From Octopus bimaculoides (taxonomy: Eukaryota), in assembly GCF_001194135.2 (NCBI RefSeq), contig NC_068987.1, positions 3,353,712 through 3,417,711 of the forward strand: a stretch of DNA of 64,000 nt. Direction: 5' to 3'. Within the stretch, counting starts at the first letter, position 1. Each line of letters opens with the position of its first letter. Made by a program: the position numbers and the translations under genes. This document shows, one piece after another, positions 1 through 13,341 of this stretch. The notes under the pieces were generated by a model. The model was not told where the DNA came from. It did no database searches and saw only the letters and a list, made by a program, of their open reading frames with translations.

Positions 1-48
<48 letters not shown>
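1..48. repeat. (AT)n microsatellite
   Basis: Direct reading. Confidence 0.98.
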
Positions 49-58
<10 letters not shown>

Positions 59-415
59 ACACACAGAGAATCAATTCTTTTTTTTATTTTTAGGTCCACG
101 TGCTCACACAGGATGTTGATAGCTAGGTGTCGCCGCTATGTCTGGAAGCTATGGTATGGTATATATTTAGTAGCATCTGAATAAAGGAAAAAAACTGATG
201 CCATTTTCAGACTAACAACACCACATGACCTGAATTGACCAATAAAAGCCTAGCATCTAGAAGTCATCTTGAATTTGCTCCATATTCATTTACTCTTGTC
301 AAGATGTCTAACAAGGTAGGGTTATTCTGCATGGAGCTGAGTCAAGCTGTTATTAAACAATAAGTGTACCTCCGACCACATGTGTTGAGTACCATTTTCT
401 TTTATTTGTCCACTC

Positions 416-446
<31 letters not shown>

Positions 447-1712
447 ACCACAACAGGCTTGTGCTCCGTTTTTATCTACCAAATTCTAGTCACACAACAC
501 TGGTCAACTAAGGGCTACTTGAAGGCATTTTCAGAAAGTGCTGCACGGTAGGAGTGAACTGAGAACTAGTTGCATGATAAGAAAACTTCTGAATCACATG
601 GCTAACTAATTCCATCACTAAACCTTTAAGATATGAAGAAAGAAATTGTTCAAAATTTTTACTTCTCTGTATCTGCATCTGGTCGACATTACATTGTACA
701 CCATCGACTATCCCCTCCCCTAATTTCAGGCCTTGTGCGTTTAGTAGAAAGGGTATTATATAATATGTCTTGCTGGGGTTGACTTTAGCTTTCATTCCAG
801 AGCTAATAAAACCAAATATCAGTGAAATATTGGGGTTCATATATTCAACTGTACTCCTTACTTGACTTTAAAGTTCTGAGCCAATGGTAGAAATCAATAT
901 TGATATTTATGGATAGAATTGAAAATTAGTGTAGATTTAAACTTATAATAACTTGAAAATCAGGAAAGACCTAAAATTATTCACAACAGCTTGAGAATTA
1001 GCATAAATCTAAAACTACATACAACAGTTTGAAAATCAGAAAAGACCTAAAACTACTCCTAACACAAATAATAGACCCAGGATGGCCACCATTATCACCA
1101 GTCCAAACATCTTGCAATTCTACTGTTAAATATCAGAAGCCTGTTGGAGGTCAACAGCAAAAGCAAAATCTCATATTTAAGAGATTCTTCATCATACATT
1201 TTTGGAAGACATCAGTCTTCGGGCATAAATGATGCGGAGATGTGCATATCTAAGCATGCTAAGTTTCATACAGATAGAAAAGAAACAATTCATAGGAGAG
1301 TTGTATGTACATCTGTGAAGATGTCACACCTTTGGCTCTGTTGTCAAGTGTCTTCACTATAGCTTTGGGCCAACCAAAGCCTTATGAGTGGATGTGGTAA
1401 AAGGAAACTGAAAGAAGCCATCATGTGTGTGAGTGTGTGTGTCTTTGTGCCTGGGTTTGTCCCCCACCACAGCTTCACAACTGGTGTTGGTGTGTTTGTG
1501 TCCCTGTAACTTAGCAGTTCTTCAAAAAAATAAACCACTAGAATAAGAACCAGACCTAAAAAAAAGGAAGTAGTGGTGTTGATTCATTCAACAAAAAATA
1601 CTTCAGGTTGATGCTACAGCATGGTCGCAGGCTAATGGTTGAAACAAGAAAAAAGTTTAAAATAATCACAGATCAAAATTCCAGAGCTGGAACCCTGAAG
1701 GTGTTCACAGTA

Positions 1713-1945
1713 CTTATTTCTTTATTGCCCAAAAGGGGCTAAACATAGAGGGGACAAACAATGACAGACAAAGGGATTAAGTCGATTACATCGACCCCAG
1801 TGTGTAACTGGTACTTATTTAATCAACCCCAAAAGTATGAAAGGCAAAGTCAACCTCAGCAGGATTTGAACTCAGAACGTAGCAGCAGATGAAATACCGC
1901 TAAGCATTTCGCCCAGCATGCTAACGATTCTGCCAGCTCGCTGCC
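1713..1945 (-). mobile_element. tRNA-derived SINE, family A
   Basis: A box TGGCAGAATCG, B box GAGTTCAAATCC, A-rich tail; matches many other copies in the window. Confidence 0.85.
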
Positions 1946-2565
1946 TTTATTGATCTGGAACATGAACAGGAACAATGGGTTCAAATTCTAAACTTACAAT
2001 TAACCTCACAGTGACCCAAACCTAGTTCAAGAGAAACAAATGTAGATACAACAATTTATTAAAAGCCTGACCTATTTACTGTTGATCAATATTAACAAGC
2101 TCATCACTGAAGTCATTTTCCAACTGTTTCCTTCTTATAAACAAAGTCAATGTAGGAATTCAAGCTACAAGATTCTCGTTTAATAACAGGTGAACATCTA
2201 CATCAACTGTAACACATTCTAATTACCAGGTTCTACCACCAGTTATCATCTGATACACTCAGAGCCACTAAGCTTTAAATTTACTGGATGAAGCTGCTCC
2301 TTGTTAAGTCATTTCAGTATATTGATTCTGAGAGTTTTTTTTCTTTCTTATCTTTGTTTCATTGTTTAGTGTCTATTGCTATATAAGCAATTAGAATTAC
2401 TGCTGGATTGGCTCAAATACTCTTCAACATTAGATTCTCATTCAATGGTTTTTTAAGAGAGTGAATATGAAGAGTTCACAATTATCAGCAACAAAAGCTG
2501 TTCTACAATGCCAAGTACATCAATCACAAAAATAGAAGTTGATGATTAATTATTATTATTATTAA

Positions 2566-2783
2566 GGCGGCGAGCTGGCAGAATCGTTAGCACGCTGGGC
2601 AAAATGCTTAATGGTATTTTGTCTGTCTTTACGTTCTGAGTTCAAATTCCGCCGAGGTCAACTTTGCCTTTCCTCCTTTCAGGGTTGATAAATTAAGTAC
2701 CAGTTGAATACTGGGGCGATCCTATCGACTGGCCTGCCCCACCAAAAAAAAAATTTCGGGCCTTGTGTCTAGAATAGAAAAGA
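2566..2783 (+). mobile_element. tRNA-derived SINE, family A
   Basis: ggcgagctggcagaatcgttagc...gagttcaaattccgccgagg head. Confidence 0.85.
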
Positions 2784-2810
2784 TTATTATTATTTATTAT
2801 TATCAATTAT

Positions 2811-3176
2811 TTACTTGTTTCAGTCATTGGACTACAGCCATGCTGGAGTACTGCCTTGAAGGGTTTTAGTCAAGCAAATTGCCCTCAGTGCTTTTTTTAA
2901 AAATTTGTATTTATTGTATTGGTCTCTTTTGCCAAACTGCTGAGTTACAGCAATGTAAACAAACCAACACCAGTCGTCAAACAGTGGTAGGGAATACAAA
3001 CACACACACACACACACACATACACACATAAATATATATCTACATTTTACACACACACACACAATGGGCTTCCACACAGTTTCCATCTTTCAAAATCACT
3101 CAGAAAGCATTGGTTGGTCCAGGGGTTACAGTAGAAGAAACTTGTCCAAGGTGCCACATAGGGGAATTGAACCTGA
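2811..3176 (-). mobile_element. SINE family C (tRNA head, ccttgggcaag core, internal (CA)n)
   Basis: Same sequence as copies at ~35860-36275, 42485-43025, 47445-47790, 51645-51780, 56170-56650, 59040-59230 and 62935-63345. Confidence 0.8.
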
Positions 3177-3436
3177 AAAGCAAGGCAAAATGTTTCTTTG
3201 ATATATTATTTACACAATGTAACAAAAACAATCTTATTGCTTGAATCCCATGTTGTTAAATATGTTTTTGTCTCTTTCCTGTTGGCAGTTGTGACCTTTT
3301 GGATTGTATAGAAGTGATCATACTTGACTTCAATAAGGAATATGGCTTATTCATATAAATTCCACAATCGTATTTGGTATAAATATTAATACTGCTGATC
3401 CTGTCGACCAACGATGCACATGTACTTAATTATTTC

Positions 3437-3754
3437 ATTGCCAGTGCTGCCTCATTGCCAGTGCCACCTGACTGGCTTCTGTGCCTGTGACACATTAAAA
3501 AAAACACTATTCAAGCATGGTTGATGCCAGTGCCGCCTGACTGGCTCGCGTGCCGATGGCATGTAAAAAGTAACCACTACACTCTTGGAGTGGATGGCGT
3601 TAGGAAGGGCATCCAGCTGTAGAAAACCATGCCAGATCAGAGTGGAGCTTGGTGCAGCCTCCTGGCTTGCCAGTCCTCAGTCAAACCGTCCAACCCATGC
3701 CAGCATGGAAAGCGGACGTTAAATGACGACGACAACGATGATGATGATGATGAT
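3437..3754 (+). mobile_element. Family B non-autonomous element with an RTE-like 3' tail ending in (GAT)n
   Basis: ccactacactc...aggaagggcatccagc...catgccagcatggaaagcggacgttaaa(tga)n, shared with the RTE-linked copy at 48740-49680. Confidence 0.8.
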
Positions 3755-4369
3755 TCTCCTGTACATGCCCGAGAGTCGATGGGGGGGGGGGGGTCAAAGA
3801 TTACATGAAGGGGCCAATGGTCTAAAAAGTTTGGGGACCCCTGCTCTAAATGGTTTCTAACAAGGCCAGCAATTTTGAGGGGACAGAGTTTGTCAATGTC
3901 AGTGACCTTAATACTTGATTGGGACTTTACTTTATTGACCCCCCAAAAAAATAAAAGGCAAAGTTTATCTTGGCTGGATTTGAACACAGGACATAAAGAA
4001 TCAGAACAGTTACCTCAAAACATTTTCCCATCGCTCTAACAATTGTTGGAAATAACGATTTAATAGCACTCTCAAACGACTTTTTCAGAATCTTTCCTTG
4101 GTTCTTAGCAATACAGATCCACAAGACAAAATGAAGAATGAAAAACTTTTTGTTCAATAATTTCCCACTAGGTTACGCAAAGAAATGCACAGAGCTAAAG
4201 AAACCAGATCAAAAAATACATCACTGGTTACATATGTTGAAGGTAGCATTTCAAACTTTATCAACTTACGTTAAACCATCTCCAAATTAATTTTTTTTCT
4301 CTTTATTCTCTATAAGAATTGCATTCCATTGCATCTTACACAGATGACATAATCTTCTACATACATTAA

Positions 4370-4592
4370 CCCTTTCACAGCAATACTAAATTTCGTGGTT
4401 ATTCCAATAATGACGTTAAATATCTATTTTTAAAAAATGGTATTTTCTGCAAATCTACTGCCTCAATAAACTTGACGTATCTCAACGAAAGTAGGTTCAA
4501 AAAAAAAAAAAAGATTGGTATATAAAACTGCTTTCTGCAGCCAAGGGTAATAAAATTTGGGTTGGATATATCTGATTTCCGCAGTAAAAGGG
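4370..4592. mobile_element. piggyBac-type MITE
   Basis: TTAA|CCCTTTCAC ... GTAAAAGGG|TTAA terminal inverted repeats with TTAA duplication. Confidence 0.75.
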
Positions 4593-6182
4593 TTAAATTT
4601 AACGTTTTGACTAGTTAATACCAATAGCTCCTACTGGCCATTTATTTGTGCTAGTAATGGAAGCTTTCGCTGTCATTTGAATAAATAGGGAAGGCTTTCA
4701 ATATAGATTTATAAATTTTTTTTTAAAAAAAAAGCTCATTTCCATCCATCACAAATTTCTGTTTTCACATCAGTAACTTCCAGCATCGCTGACAAAATTC
4801 AGTGAGACATCTGATAAACCATTCATTTATCAAAAAATCCCTAATTCCTTAATCATAATCCCATGTAATTTCTGTTCCATCTTTTACTAAGATAATGGAT
4901 ATTTCTCTTCGAATCCTGGGAGTTTCTATACAGCTCCGACAGCAATGCCCCTTCATTGTACCCATTATATCTCAGGTGTTTTTATCACCTACATCCAACA
5001 TTTAGATCCAGTTAAATTAATGTAACAAATACAGTTTGTTCTTATAAAGACAGCTAACCCGCTATATCTTGCTAAAATTCACTTATTTTCATATCTTCAA
5101 AATCCACATTGAATGCACCGACCTGATTTATTCTTTCTCCGATTGGCATAACAATTAGAATTAAGAAGAAGGAAAAAGTCTGCTGCCTATATTTCGGCTA
5201 AGTGAACTTCTTTTGGACGAACAATGAGTTACAGTATTCGAATGCAATAAGGTTTTGAACCAATAATCCCATATCTGGAATGCTTAACTCCCACACAGAT
5301 GCTAACCAACTCTGACGTTACTAAAAACCTGCAACACTGGAATCCGTTGAGTCGGATATTTCTGCATCTTTACAAGGCTTTTAATTATAAACAAAACTAT
5401 AATCTAATTCATTATCATAACACATAAAATAGCAGTGATACTTATCGCCGTCATAGTAGTAGTAGTAGTAGAGTAATAGTACCAATTGGGGGTGGGGTTA
5501 ATATACTGTTTCTAACAAAGCGTGAAACCTGGAATTTATAAAAAGCAAAGAAACAAAGGTAGTAATAATGTTGTTAAAAGGCATAGTAGATACAGTAGGA
5601 AACGTTTTAGTAAGAACATAGGTAATTATATTTTAAATTAAAATGCTTAATTAAATAATAGGTGCTCAAAGATCGATCATTAATAGCAAGCATTTTATTG
5701 AATTTTTTCCTCTAAAACAACAAATGGCAACCAGAATAAAACGAACTACTTTCATTTGATTCATTCGGAAATAGAACAACTGTATCAACTTGAAAAGGGC
5801 ACAAAGTATCTCTTAAAAGATCTTGTGCTTTTCAATGCATAAAATCAAGACTTAGAAATGTTTAGTAATGGTATTAGGAGATGCTGCTCGGATTTTACAA
5901 AGCTTCCCTTAAAATAACAATATCGATACAATTGAACGTTGTATTATTTTTAAAAAAAACCCGATAAAGTAAATAATCATAATTTTGTAACGTTTATGCA
6001 TAATTATGTAATGTAATCTTCAAAAGATTTGGCCCGAATAGATTATGAAATCATTATCGAAAAATATATCATTCAACCACCTGAGAGATCGAATTTTTCT
6101 GATTTTGACACTAATACAACAAAGAGGAATCTGAAGCTAAAAGAATGAATGGAATTAGAGGCTAATTAATGAGACAGTTGTT

Positions 6183-6420
6183 ATGGTGGTGGTGGTGGTG
6201 GTGGTGGTGGTGATAGTGGTGGCGTGTTGGTGGTGGTGGTGGTGGTGGTGGCAGCGGCGGTGGTTACTGTGGTATTGTTAATGATAGTATAGTTGGTGGT
6301 GTTAGTGGTGATGATGGTGGCTGTGATGATGTGGTGGTGGTGATAGTGGTGGTGGCGATGGTGGTGGTGGTGGTGGTGGTAATGTTGATGATGGTGATAG
6401 TGGTGACGATGGTGGTGAGG
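6183..6420. repeat. Imperfect (GGT)n/(GAT)n trinucleotide tract
   Basis: Direct reading. Confidence 0.95.
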
Positions 6421-6881
6421 GCGGTGTAGATGAGTTCTGTTGCAGAACAGAATTAACCCCCAGGTCAGTAGTGTTCAAGCAGACTTATGACAAAACCCGT
6501 ACAAGCCGTGGCCACACCGTCATTCTCTCTCCCTGCAAACATAATAATATATGTAAGGAACCCCATTATCCAAAAGAGTTTCTCGGACAGGGAACTACAT
6601 CAAAGGACCACATCACCAGCAGACGCATGTCTCCTTGGTTTCTTTCAGACGATATGACTATGTTGCTATGAGGGGGGTTTGGCTTCTATTTCTAGCAGAT
6701 GGAGCGAGTGTATAGAGGCTCGGTGGCTGGCTCAACAACAGTAAGACAGTAGCATCCATCTGTAATGGATGAAGGAACGAGAATAGCAAGAGCGAAGGAA
6801 AGAAATCTAAGGAATGGTGTGAAGGAATGTAGAACGAGAGAAGAAGAGAATTGGGGCGGATTTATCGTGACAGAGATGGAC

Positions 6882-7442
6882 AGAGAGAGAGAGAGAGAGA
6901 GAGAGGGAAATGGTTGGGGAGATGGTTATGGAGGAAGTTAGGGGGCACATTGCATAAACACAGAGATGGACACACGCTGATGTGTGTGTGTCTGTGTGTG
7001 TGTGTGTGCTAAATTAAACATATATATATATATGTATATATATACACACACACACACGCAATATACAATATAACAGTTTTGAAACAAAAGCTGTTCTACA
7101 CACACACACACACACACAATACACACACACACACTCACATACAGAGAAAAGAACGGGAGAGATAGGGAGAGCGACAGATACAGAGAAAGAGGAAAGAGAG
7201 AAGGACACGCATATACACACCTACATACATACATACATACATACACGCATACATAAAGAAAGAAAAAGGAACGGGAGTGAAAGAAGAGGGAAAGAGATAG
7301 ATTTAGAGAGGAGGGGGGGGGGAAAGAGCCAGAGACGCGCGCACATACACATACTGACATAGAGAGGGAGAGAGAGAACGAATACATAAATGCGCTCACA
7401 CCTATATATGCATACATCTCAACACACATACACAAGCATACA

Positions 7443-7490
<48 letters not shown>
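6882..7490. repeat. Compound (GA)n/(TG)n/(CA)n/(TACA)n microsatellite field
   Basis: Direct reading. Confidence 0.95.
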
Positions 7491-7491
<1 letters not shown>

Positions 7492-7699
7492 CACCATTAA
7501 CAGAAACATAGATTTAATGTAGACTGGTTCAAATCCTGCTACAGCAGTTTACAGTTCGTTTATAGAAAAATGACAGTTTCTAAGATATCTGACAAATGGA
7601 ATAAAATAAACTCGTTCATCCTTAGGTTACTTTCGTTTCTGAATATTTTATTGCAATCCGCCTTGATTTTAGGCAGAAATAAATATGTATGACGAGAGG

Positions 7700-7733
<34 letters not shown>

Positions 7734-8034
7734 TGAGATGAGAAGGGAAGAAGACGATTCTGAGTTAGGGAGGACCTGTTACAGTTGGATATGGAAAATG
7801 TTGGAGCTGTTCTCAGCAGCAGCAGCAGTTGTTGAGCGAACGAAAGTGAAAGTATAAAGTAAAAACAAATTTAAACGCCACAACTGGCTGACTGACTGGC
7901 TGGCTGACTGGCTGCTGGTTACAACATTATTATCATTATACAACAAAAATATTTACAACATCGGAAAACTAGAAAAAAAAAATCCAACAGTTTTCCTTGC
8001 ATATGTTCGATAATTACATGTTAATAATTTGTGG

Positions 8035-8035
<1 letters not shown>

Positions 8036-8083
<48 letters not shown>
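8036..8083. repeat. (AAT)n microsatellite
   Basis: Direct reading. Confidence 0.97.
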
Positions 8084-8087
<4 letters not shown>

Positions 8088-8801
8088 CAGTGATCTCGTG
8101 TCATATGCATGGTAAATTTTAGATTTTTATCGAATTATCCTGTTGAAAGTATTGAATTAAAGTTTATATATATTTTTTATTTTTATTAAAACTTACAATT
8201 CGTTTTTACCTTGTTGCATTGTCGATATCATTTAATTAATGTTGCTGGGGTTCGCTTGTGTTTGTTTCTTTTTTTTTTTCTCTCTCTAATATTATTTACT
8301 TTTTAAATGAGGTCTGTTCACATTTATTATGAGATTGTGGGGCAACAATCGATAGAAATTACAAAGTATAATGATTTTAAATTAAAACAATTAAAAAATA
8401 AATTAATCTGAGTTCATTACTTAATAGTTATGATTACACACTATTTCGTAATAATAATAATAATTAATAACAATTAATAATAACAATAATATATATTTAA
8501 AACTAAATTTTATAACGAAGGCAGTATTTTTTCTTCTCATTTCGAATGAAAAGATTGAATTCTTGGTTTTATTATAAGACTAAATTATTATTTTAATATA
8601 TAATTAATACGAAGTTTATATTTTAATGACAATTAAATTATGAAAGAGTTGAAAATAGTCTGCTTCTTTTGGCAGACGATGCTTTTACGAGATTCAAACA
8701 AAAATTAAATAATGCTGGGAAAAAATCGGAATATTAAATTAAAAAATGATCATAATGATAAGAATAATATTAAATTTTCAATAAAATATTCTGTCACCTA
8801 C

Positions 8802-8895
8802 CTGAGGATTCCGTTTGCACGAAATTAAACATTAATGCCCAGACTAAACATCTTGCGGTGAAGGCAAGCGTCGATGACTTGATAAAGACAAGCAT
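8802..8895 (-). CDS. Candidate first coding exon encoding a signal-peptide-like sequence (MLVFIKSSTLAFTARCLVWALMFNFVQTESS)
   Basis: ATG followed by 31 codons with a hydrophobic core and a CAG|GTAGGT phase-1 donor; no downstream exons recognised. Confidence 0.35.
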
Positions 8896-11744
8896 ATTTA
8901 ATATATGTATCAATGAATTGTACTACTCTATGTCGAAAGATTTTCTAGATGAATAGATATATCCAATGTATATATTTGTTCAATATTGAAAACGTATTTG
9001 TAGAATTTTTTCTGTTCACTTGAGCCTATATAGCTCCAAAGTGTCCATCGCTGAGGAAGCAGTGTTGTGCGCCATGTTATAAAATTAGGTCGCCCCGCTC
9101 TGCTGCTGCTGATGACAACGTTTATTGATGGCAGCAGTCCCTAGAACATCAAACCAGCAGTCAGCTTCTTGGTTCCTTAGTAAAAAAAAAAAATCAATGA
9201 GAAAAGATAAAACATTTTCAGTGGGGAAAGTGTCAAAGAAAGAGAATGTTTTTGTTTCTCCCCAAATGCCATCCTATGCTTTATTAATGCCACATTTCTG
9301 AAATATTTAATTATTTCATATTTTGTAAGGAAGAAATAACTTGATTATTGTTTTGTATGATTGAAGTAAATTAGGAATTATAGAATTATAATTCGAAGAG
9401 GGAAAAAAAGTTTTCAAAATATTTAATTAAATAAAAGACAATATCAGTCAAACTGAATTCAATTCCTTTTCAATATGAGCAGATTTGTTTTTGTTTGTTT
9501 TAGTAATTTATGAGTATTTCCTGTTCTTTTGTATTTGTATTTTGTATTGGATTCTCATCCAAAGTTAAAGGGAGGGGGTGATTTAGTGTGTGGAGCGAGG
9601 AAGTTATTCCTATTCATCTTTAACTTAATTTCTTTTTGTTGGGCCGGTTTGGAATGCGTTAACTCATTACTGTCCTACTTCCTGACAATCATTTCAACTA
9701 GAAAAACAAAAAAAAAAACAGGGTATCGTTGAATATCAAAAGTCAAAGCAGGCATAAACCATATGTGGATTATTGTTGACATAAGTTTCCTTGTTTCAGA
9801 ACCAGAAGAAATTAAATGAAGTTCAACTTAAGGTCAGAGGGATGTTCTTTTTTTCATTATTCATTCAGAAGAGGGCAGCATCCATAATCTTCACAAACTC
9901 TCTCAAACTGGCGAGATTGGGGTGATTGATGATCAGTTTGAACAGCTGTAGATCGATGCTTGCAAGAAAAACGTAGGTGGAGAGGGATTTTCCCAAAGTG
10001 CTATTCTAAAAAGAAACGATTGAAAAGAATTTAGTGCGGGATCTGGGTGGTAAGACACAGTCGGGATGACGAAATTGAGAGACAAGTGTGTCAAGAGAAC
10101 ATAGGAGAAAGGAGCTGGCGATAGTTAATTCAAAAGAGCAGATGATTTTGGAGTAACATTAGAAAAAGAAAAGAAAGAAAACAGCGCCTTTGTGAGCCAC
10201 TGGTTGTCGGGTGTTGGGCAATAAATATTCCTGCCTTGAGCTCTCAGCTCTTGTTGAGTCGTAAGGGCACCATGATGAAATATGGCGTTCTTTGTGCGTT
10301 TCAAAGCTGACGGAGAATATCCCGCTCCAGATTTCAACAGCGATTTTTCAGAGAGGCAATGGGAAGGGTGGTGAGAGAGGAGAATCGACTCGAGTACTAA
10401 ACTGGTACTTTATTTTTCGACTTTGAAAGGATAAAAAACAACATTGACTTCGACCGGATTCGGTGACGTAGATTGAGTGTGTGCCGCCCGGGGCACCCCT
10501 TGAGTTTTCCACCCAAGCCTATACAGGATTATACGACTGACCATGAAAGTACCCCATGAACTCAGAGCATAGAGAGCCTGAACGAAAAAGCTTTCTGTCC
10601 GATGCTATAACCAACTCGCTGGGATATTTCCGTGTGAAGTAGCAATATTCCCCCAGATATGTGAGTAATATTCCATTTGGGTCTTAATACAGATGCTTAG
10701 AAGGTTAGAAACTGAGTATTTTCTGATCCAGAAAAGACCTAACAGTTCTTGGAGGGTATTAAATCAACAGAAATTGAGACCTGGTGTCTGTAACATCTTT
10801 GAGAACTTGGCGTGGTGTTTATGTGTAAAGAGAATGTGAAAGAAAATTGTTTTCATGTTGTATGTCACTATCGCACCTTGGTATTTGTGTATGAAATTAG
10901 TTATCATCTACCTAATGATGGATATTTTCTGAGTTTCTATTCACGCAGTTTGACGTGAATAGAAACTTAGGTGATGCCTCTGTGGAAAGTTAAGGATGAG
11001 TGGTATAAGCAGCGTATAAGTCTGAATTTGGTAGAACCGAAGAGAATAAATAGTTAACGGACAGAATAACACGGGAAACATTTTCGAACTCTGGTCTACA
11101 TAAAAGTTGACGAATATGTCGGAGGTATAGCCGTCTGCACCGGACTTCGTTAATAGCATTATAAGCTCCCGGGTTAGGACAGGGTTGGGTGAAAACCGAA
11201 TGGAAGCCCGGCTCGCGATGAACAACATCTTCAACGGTCTTTATAATGTCATTATACATGCATATGCGTGAAAGACAGCTCAAACGTAGTTGCTGCATTT
11301 TGATATGAAGCTGATGCTTTGGAAGTGTCAGTCTTTTACAGTTGGTTACCATCATACTCATGGAAACTTAATACAGTTTGAATGTTGGGAAATACAAATT
11401 TCAAGTGACCCAAGTTTTTTTTCCCGGTATAATGTAAGGAGAATCTTACAGTTTTCGTTAAGAACCATGAAGTGCTCGAGAACCATTAAGTGCTTTTTCG
11501 AGAAGCGGGCCATATGAGACGTGGCCCATCGTCAGACAGACCGCACTACTCATAAAATTCAAGGTAGTTTATTGTTAAGCATGCCGTTCAGAAAGTCTTA
11601 CGGGTCGCAATTTGTCCATGACTGACTTAGTCCTCTTAATTAAGGTCTTCGACATACACACTTGCCAGTTGTTCATACTCTTTATTTAACCATCAGAACC
11701 AACTGTTTACAATTCACCGAAAAAGGAAAAACAGATTTTCAATC

Positions 11745-12310
11745 AAATGTGGGGACATGCACAGCTGCAGCGTGATGCTGCATTCACCATTTGTCGGTAT
11801 ATACCCGGAACCTCTCGGGCGACCCGTCCAGCAAAATCCCAATCCAGCCACCACCCACCATCTCCGCAAGATACCTCCGCATCTGCTGTGACCATGTGGC
11901 ATGCGGTTGACCAACACGAGCCGTCAGCCCAGCCGGATCCTCAGTGAAGAGAACATGGTAAGCAGAGGTAACTCAGAAAATCAGACAAAATGACCAAATC
12001 ATCCAAGCAACATGGCGCATCCCAGTTTCTGAGTAGGGTTGTTGGTTGGATACGAAATCTAACCAATGATAATCCATGACCGTATGAAGCGTCCTGGTAC
12101 CAAAGGAGTTCAGGCGACTCCTAAGGGCTCCGGACAGTGTCCACGTTACACAACTATCGAGCAGGATTGAAAGGATAGGAGGCCTAAAGACAAGAACCTT
12201 TCTCCTCGTGCTCAGATACCTGCAGCGCCAAACATCCTTTTCCAATGAATTCAAAACTGCATCGGCTCGTCCAAGTCTTTTTAGGGCTTCAGAATCGCAG
12301 CTAATGCTGC
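11745..12310 (-). mobile_element. RTE-clade LINE, 3' part (degenerate RT C-terminus)
   Basis: EALKRLGRADAVLNSLEKDVWRCRYLSTRRKVLVFR...WTLSGALRSRLNSFGTRTL; continues the 13342-13905 part. Confidence 0.85.
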
Positions 12311-13341
12311 TGTAAGGGACCGTGCGATGTGAGGTGACGAGAATGGCTCTTTTGTACCACATCACACAGCCCTTGCAATAAAGGGAAATTGAACAAAACA
12401 AATAAATGCCAGAGGGAAAAGGAGACACAACCGCGTAAGAATGATTAAGAGAACATTTATTGATATGTTAACATGTGTCTGAGTGTGCGTCTTGAATACA
12501 GAATAATAGACAGGCCTTCATGAGAACAAAGTGTATGTATGTGTGTAGGCGTAGGTGTATGTGCATGTTAAGAACATTTAAGGATGGCGATAAGAAGAAG
12601 ACAGTGACAGAGTCTATAGCCATTGAAGTGAGAAGCAGGTTCATAGACACAAGAAAGATAAATGTTACCAGTCCGTGGTCAGTCGTACACAATAGTTGAA
12701 ATACTGTATCTAGAAGTCGTGGCCATGATGCTGAGCCGGTTACGGGTACATGTCGTATGTGAAATTGTGGCTGTGATGCTGCTGCCTGGATTACTTGTAC
12801 AGGAGTTCATGCAGGTTGATCTGTGGTGAAATAATTCACGAACAGTGAACTGTTGGAACTTGGTTGAATTGCTTGCTGAGCTGTGTACGTAGAAAGATGG
12901 TGTTGACGACGTTAAGGACATGATGGTGGCGACGAAGGCGGTTGCTGTAATGTTGTTGGACGAAGTTGGTAAGTCTCAACGTAGCTGCTGTGGTACTGGT
13001 GTCGTCTAGCGTTGTCACTGGAACTGGCTGTGTCTTTGTGGTCAGTGGCTAGACCTTAAAAGGTCTGGAACCAGACCCCGGAACGAGGAAAAGGAACTGT
13101 AGGCTAAAACAGGGTTGTAAATAGGCTGTCCCACGTGACCCTATCTAGAGCCTTCGACTGGTTATACGCCGGCAAGTTGGCACACTCGTGTAAGAGACAA
13201 ATTGCGCCAATACCAACCAATCAGAGTAGTGGACACAACGGGATCCAAATAGCAGCCAAAGGCTAGCTGTTCCCTGCTACGTTCGAATGCACGTATATAT
13301 AATAAATGGGAGAGAGGAATTTCACCCGTGTCTACGCTACA
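12311..13341. mobile_element. Solo LTR (1031 bp) inserted into the RTE
   Basis: TGTA...TACA ends; 4-bp duplication CTGC at 12307-12310 and 13342-13345; removing it restores the RTE frame GSDIHSSISCDSE. Confidence 0.8.

Larger units (their letters stand above)
508..5350 (-). mobile_element. Old, heavily degraded APE-type LINE, fragmented by younger insertions
   Basis: Remnant motifs in the expected order on the minus strand: endonuclease-like RYSGLAVFIRTN (~5050), STGSAVLIF (~3400), PTLTLFI...KLLYL (~2050-2150), KVNPSKTYYII (~770); many stops. Confidence 0.45.

Noticed and set aside
508-840. 110-aa ORF as a host gene exon
   Set aside because: In-frame stop just upstream, and KVNPSKTYYII fits a decayed LINE RT
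3927-4157. Apparent minus-strand exon ending FE|GTAACT
   Set aside because: The donor and downstream part lie in a degenerate family A SINE
6938-7480. Long ORFs such as MYVCMYVC or HTHTHT here and at 32310-32958, 36618-37146, 42634-43134 and 59183-59546
   Set aside because: Stop-free translations of microsatellites
9960-10330. Possible CR1-like RT remnant (VRDLG)
   Set aside because: One short motif only; too degraded to call
10461-10557. Possible HDV-like ribozyme in an insert within a SINE (7-bp GGGGUAC/GUGCCCC stem on the minus strand)
   Set aside because: No P3/L3 (pyrimidine-rich loop) or P2 pairing in the required positions
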